Assembly (NCBI GenBank): GCA_964247055.1
Contig: OZ176050.1
Location: forward strand, 4,030,001 to 4,094,000
Reading direction: 5' to 3'
Source of the DNA: Paragordius varius
Taxonomy: Eukaryota; Animalia; Nematomorpha
Length of the DNA stretch: 64,000 nt
In this document: piece by piece, positions 62,966 through 64,000 of the stretch
How the letters are laid out: the number at the start of each line of letters is the position of its first letter
Position numbering within the stretch: the stretch's first letter is position 1
The notes under the pieces: model-generated
What the model was told of the DNA's origin: nothing
The model's database searches: none
Seen by the model: only the letters and a program-made list of their open reading frames with translations
Translations under genes and position numbers: made by a program

Positions 62966-64000
62966 TTAAATCAACATATCGTAGAATCATTAGTTACTTT
63001 ATTAATATTTAAATGATATTTGTTAATTTATCCCTGAATAACCCAATAAGATATATGGATAAATTAATTTATTGAACAATTAACCTATCATATTATTTTC
63101 AGAATTTAGGGTGTGGTTGTGAGACACGACATATATATGTATATATATAAATATAATTTAAATAATATTATATTATATATATTAATTTTCATAAATAATA
63201 TAATTTTGAATGCCATTTTCATAGGTAGTATAGATTTAAATTAAATATTTTTTATTTGAATTTATAATAAAAACTTTGCAATTGTGTTGTAGTGGATGCA
63301 TGATATAAACAGAATCCGTTTATTTTGAAAAAAGTATTATATGCAATTGATGCAATTTCTTTGCCTTAATTTAAAAATAAATGTAATTTTAAAACAATTA
63401 AAAATCTGTCCACTCAAAATATTTTATAAGGAGGAGAAGGAGTTTAATGGGTGAATTTGAGATCAATAATAATAATATATGAGGAATATTAGTTAATCTT
63501 TTATAGATATATTCTAAAATTTTGTTGAAACAAAATAAGTTAATTACATATATTAAATGTGTATATTATATTGTAGATTAATAAATAAATAATTAATACA
63601 ACATACTTTTGAGTGACATAACGATAATTAAAATATAGATATCCAACTAATAAGTTAATAATTTAGACTTTATACCATAAATAAACTATAAGACTTGTAA
63701 TAATAATACAATAATTAGTTAAGTATTTTAAAGGTGTTTGCAGAGTTGTTTAATTTAATAAGGTTAAGTATTCAGAAAATAATGGACTTTTTAGAAGACT
63801 AATTTACTAAAATTATTAATTAATTCCAAAAAATGATAAAGGTTATAGCATTCATATACATTATTTCATAGGGTTAACTATTAGTAAAAAATTAATATTT
63901 CAAAACAAATAACGATTTTGTTTTAGGAAGTTACATCTAGTGTCCAAAACTACCTATACAAATGTTTTTAAAATGTGAATAAAAAATTTTTTTTTATAAA

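Overview
Strongly AT-rich eukaryotic (animal-type) genomic DNA using the standard genetic code. I traced three housekeeping genes exon by exon. LRPPRC (+, 13567-34883) has about 37 exons and about 1,950 aa. METTL1/TRM8 (-, 37470-35765) has 6 exons. ALG9 (+, 39216-46600) has 16 exons. Two further genes are less certain: a polycystin-1-like gene that stops before the channel half (+, about 4.1-6.9 kb) and a single-pass membrane protein with a juxtamembrane EGF module (-, 52963-about 50066). Mobile DNA includes a decayed RTE-clade LINE (0.6-3.6 kb), two hAT transposons with exact 8-bp TSDs (Blackjack-like 7801-10318; Charlie/SPIN-like 14662-17397 inside LRPPRC intron 4), seven copies of a foldback MITE built from 21-bp repeats, three copies of a TTAA piggyBac-like MITE, a Helitron-type 3' end next to a ~160-bp tandem array, and a direct/inverted ~600-bp repeat complex at 57.5-61.4 kb. 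The main observation is intron polarity. In all three housekeeping genes the first 3-4 introns are 22-29 nt, while all 46 downstream introns in my models are at least 55 nt and often TE-filled. Other leads are an intron made of three back-to-back GT..AG modules (recursive-splicing-like) and an EGF-TM gene with an ErbB-ligand-like intron position. All gene models are manual and unverified by RNA data, and homology calls come from remembered family motifs, not database searches.
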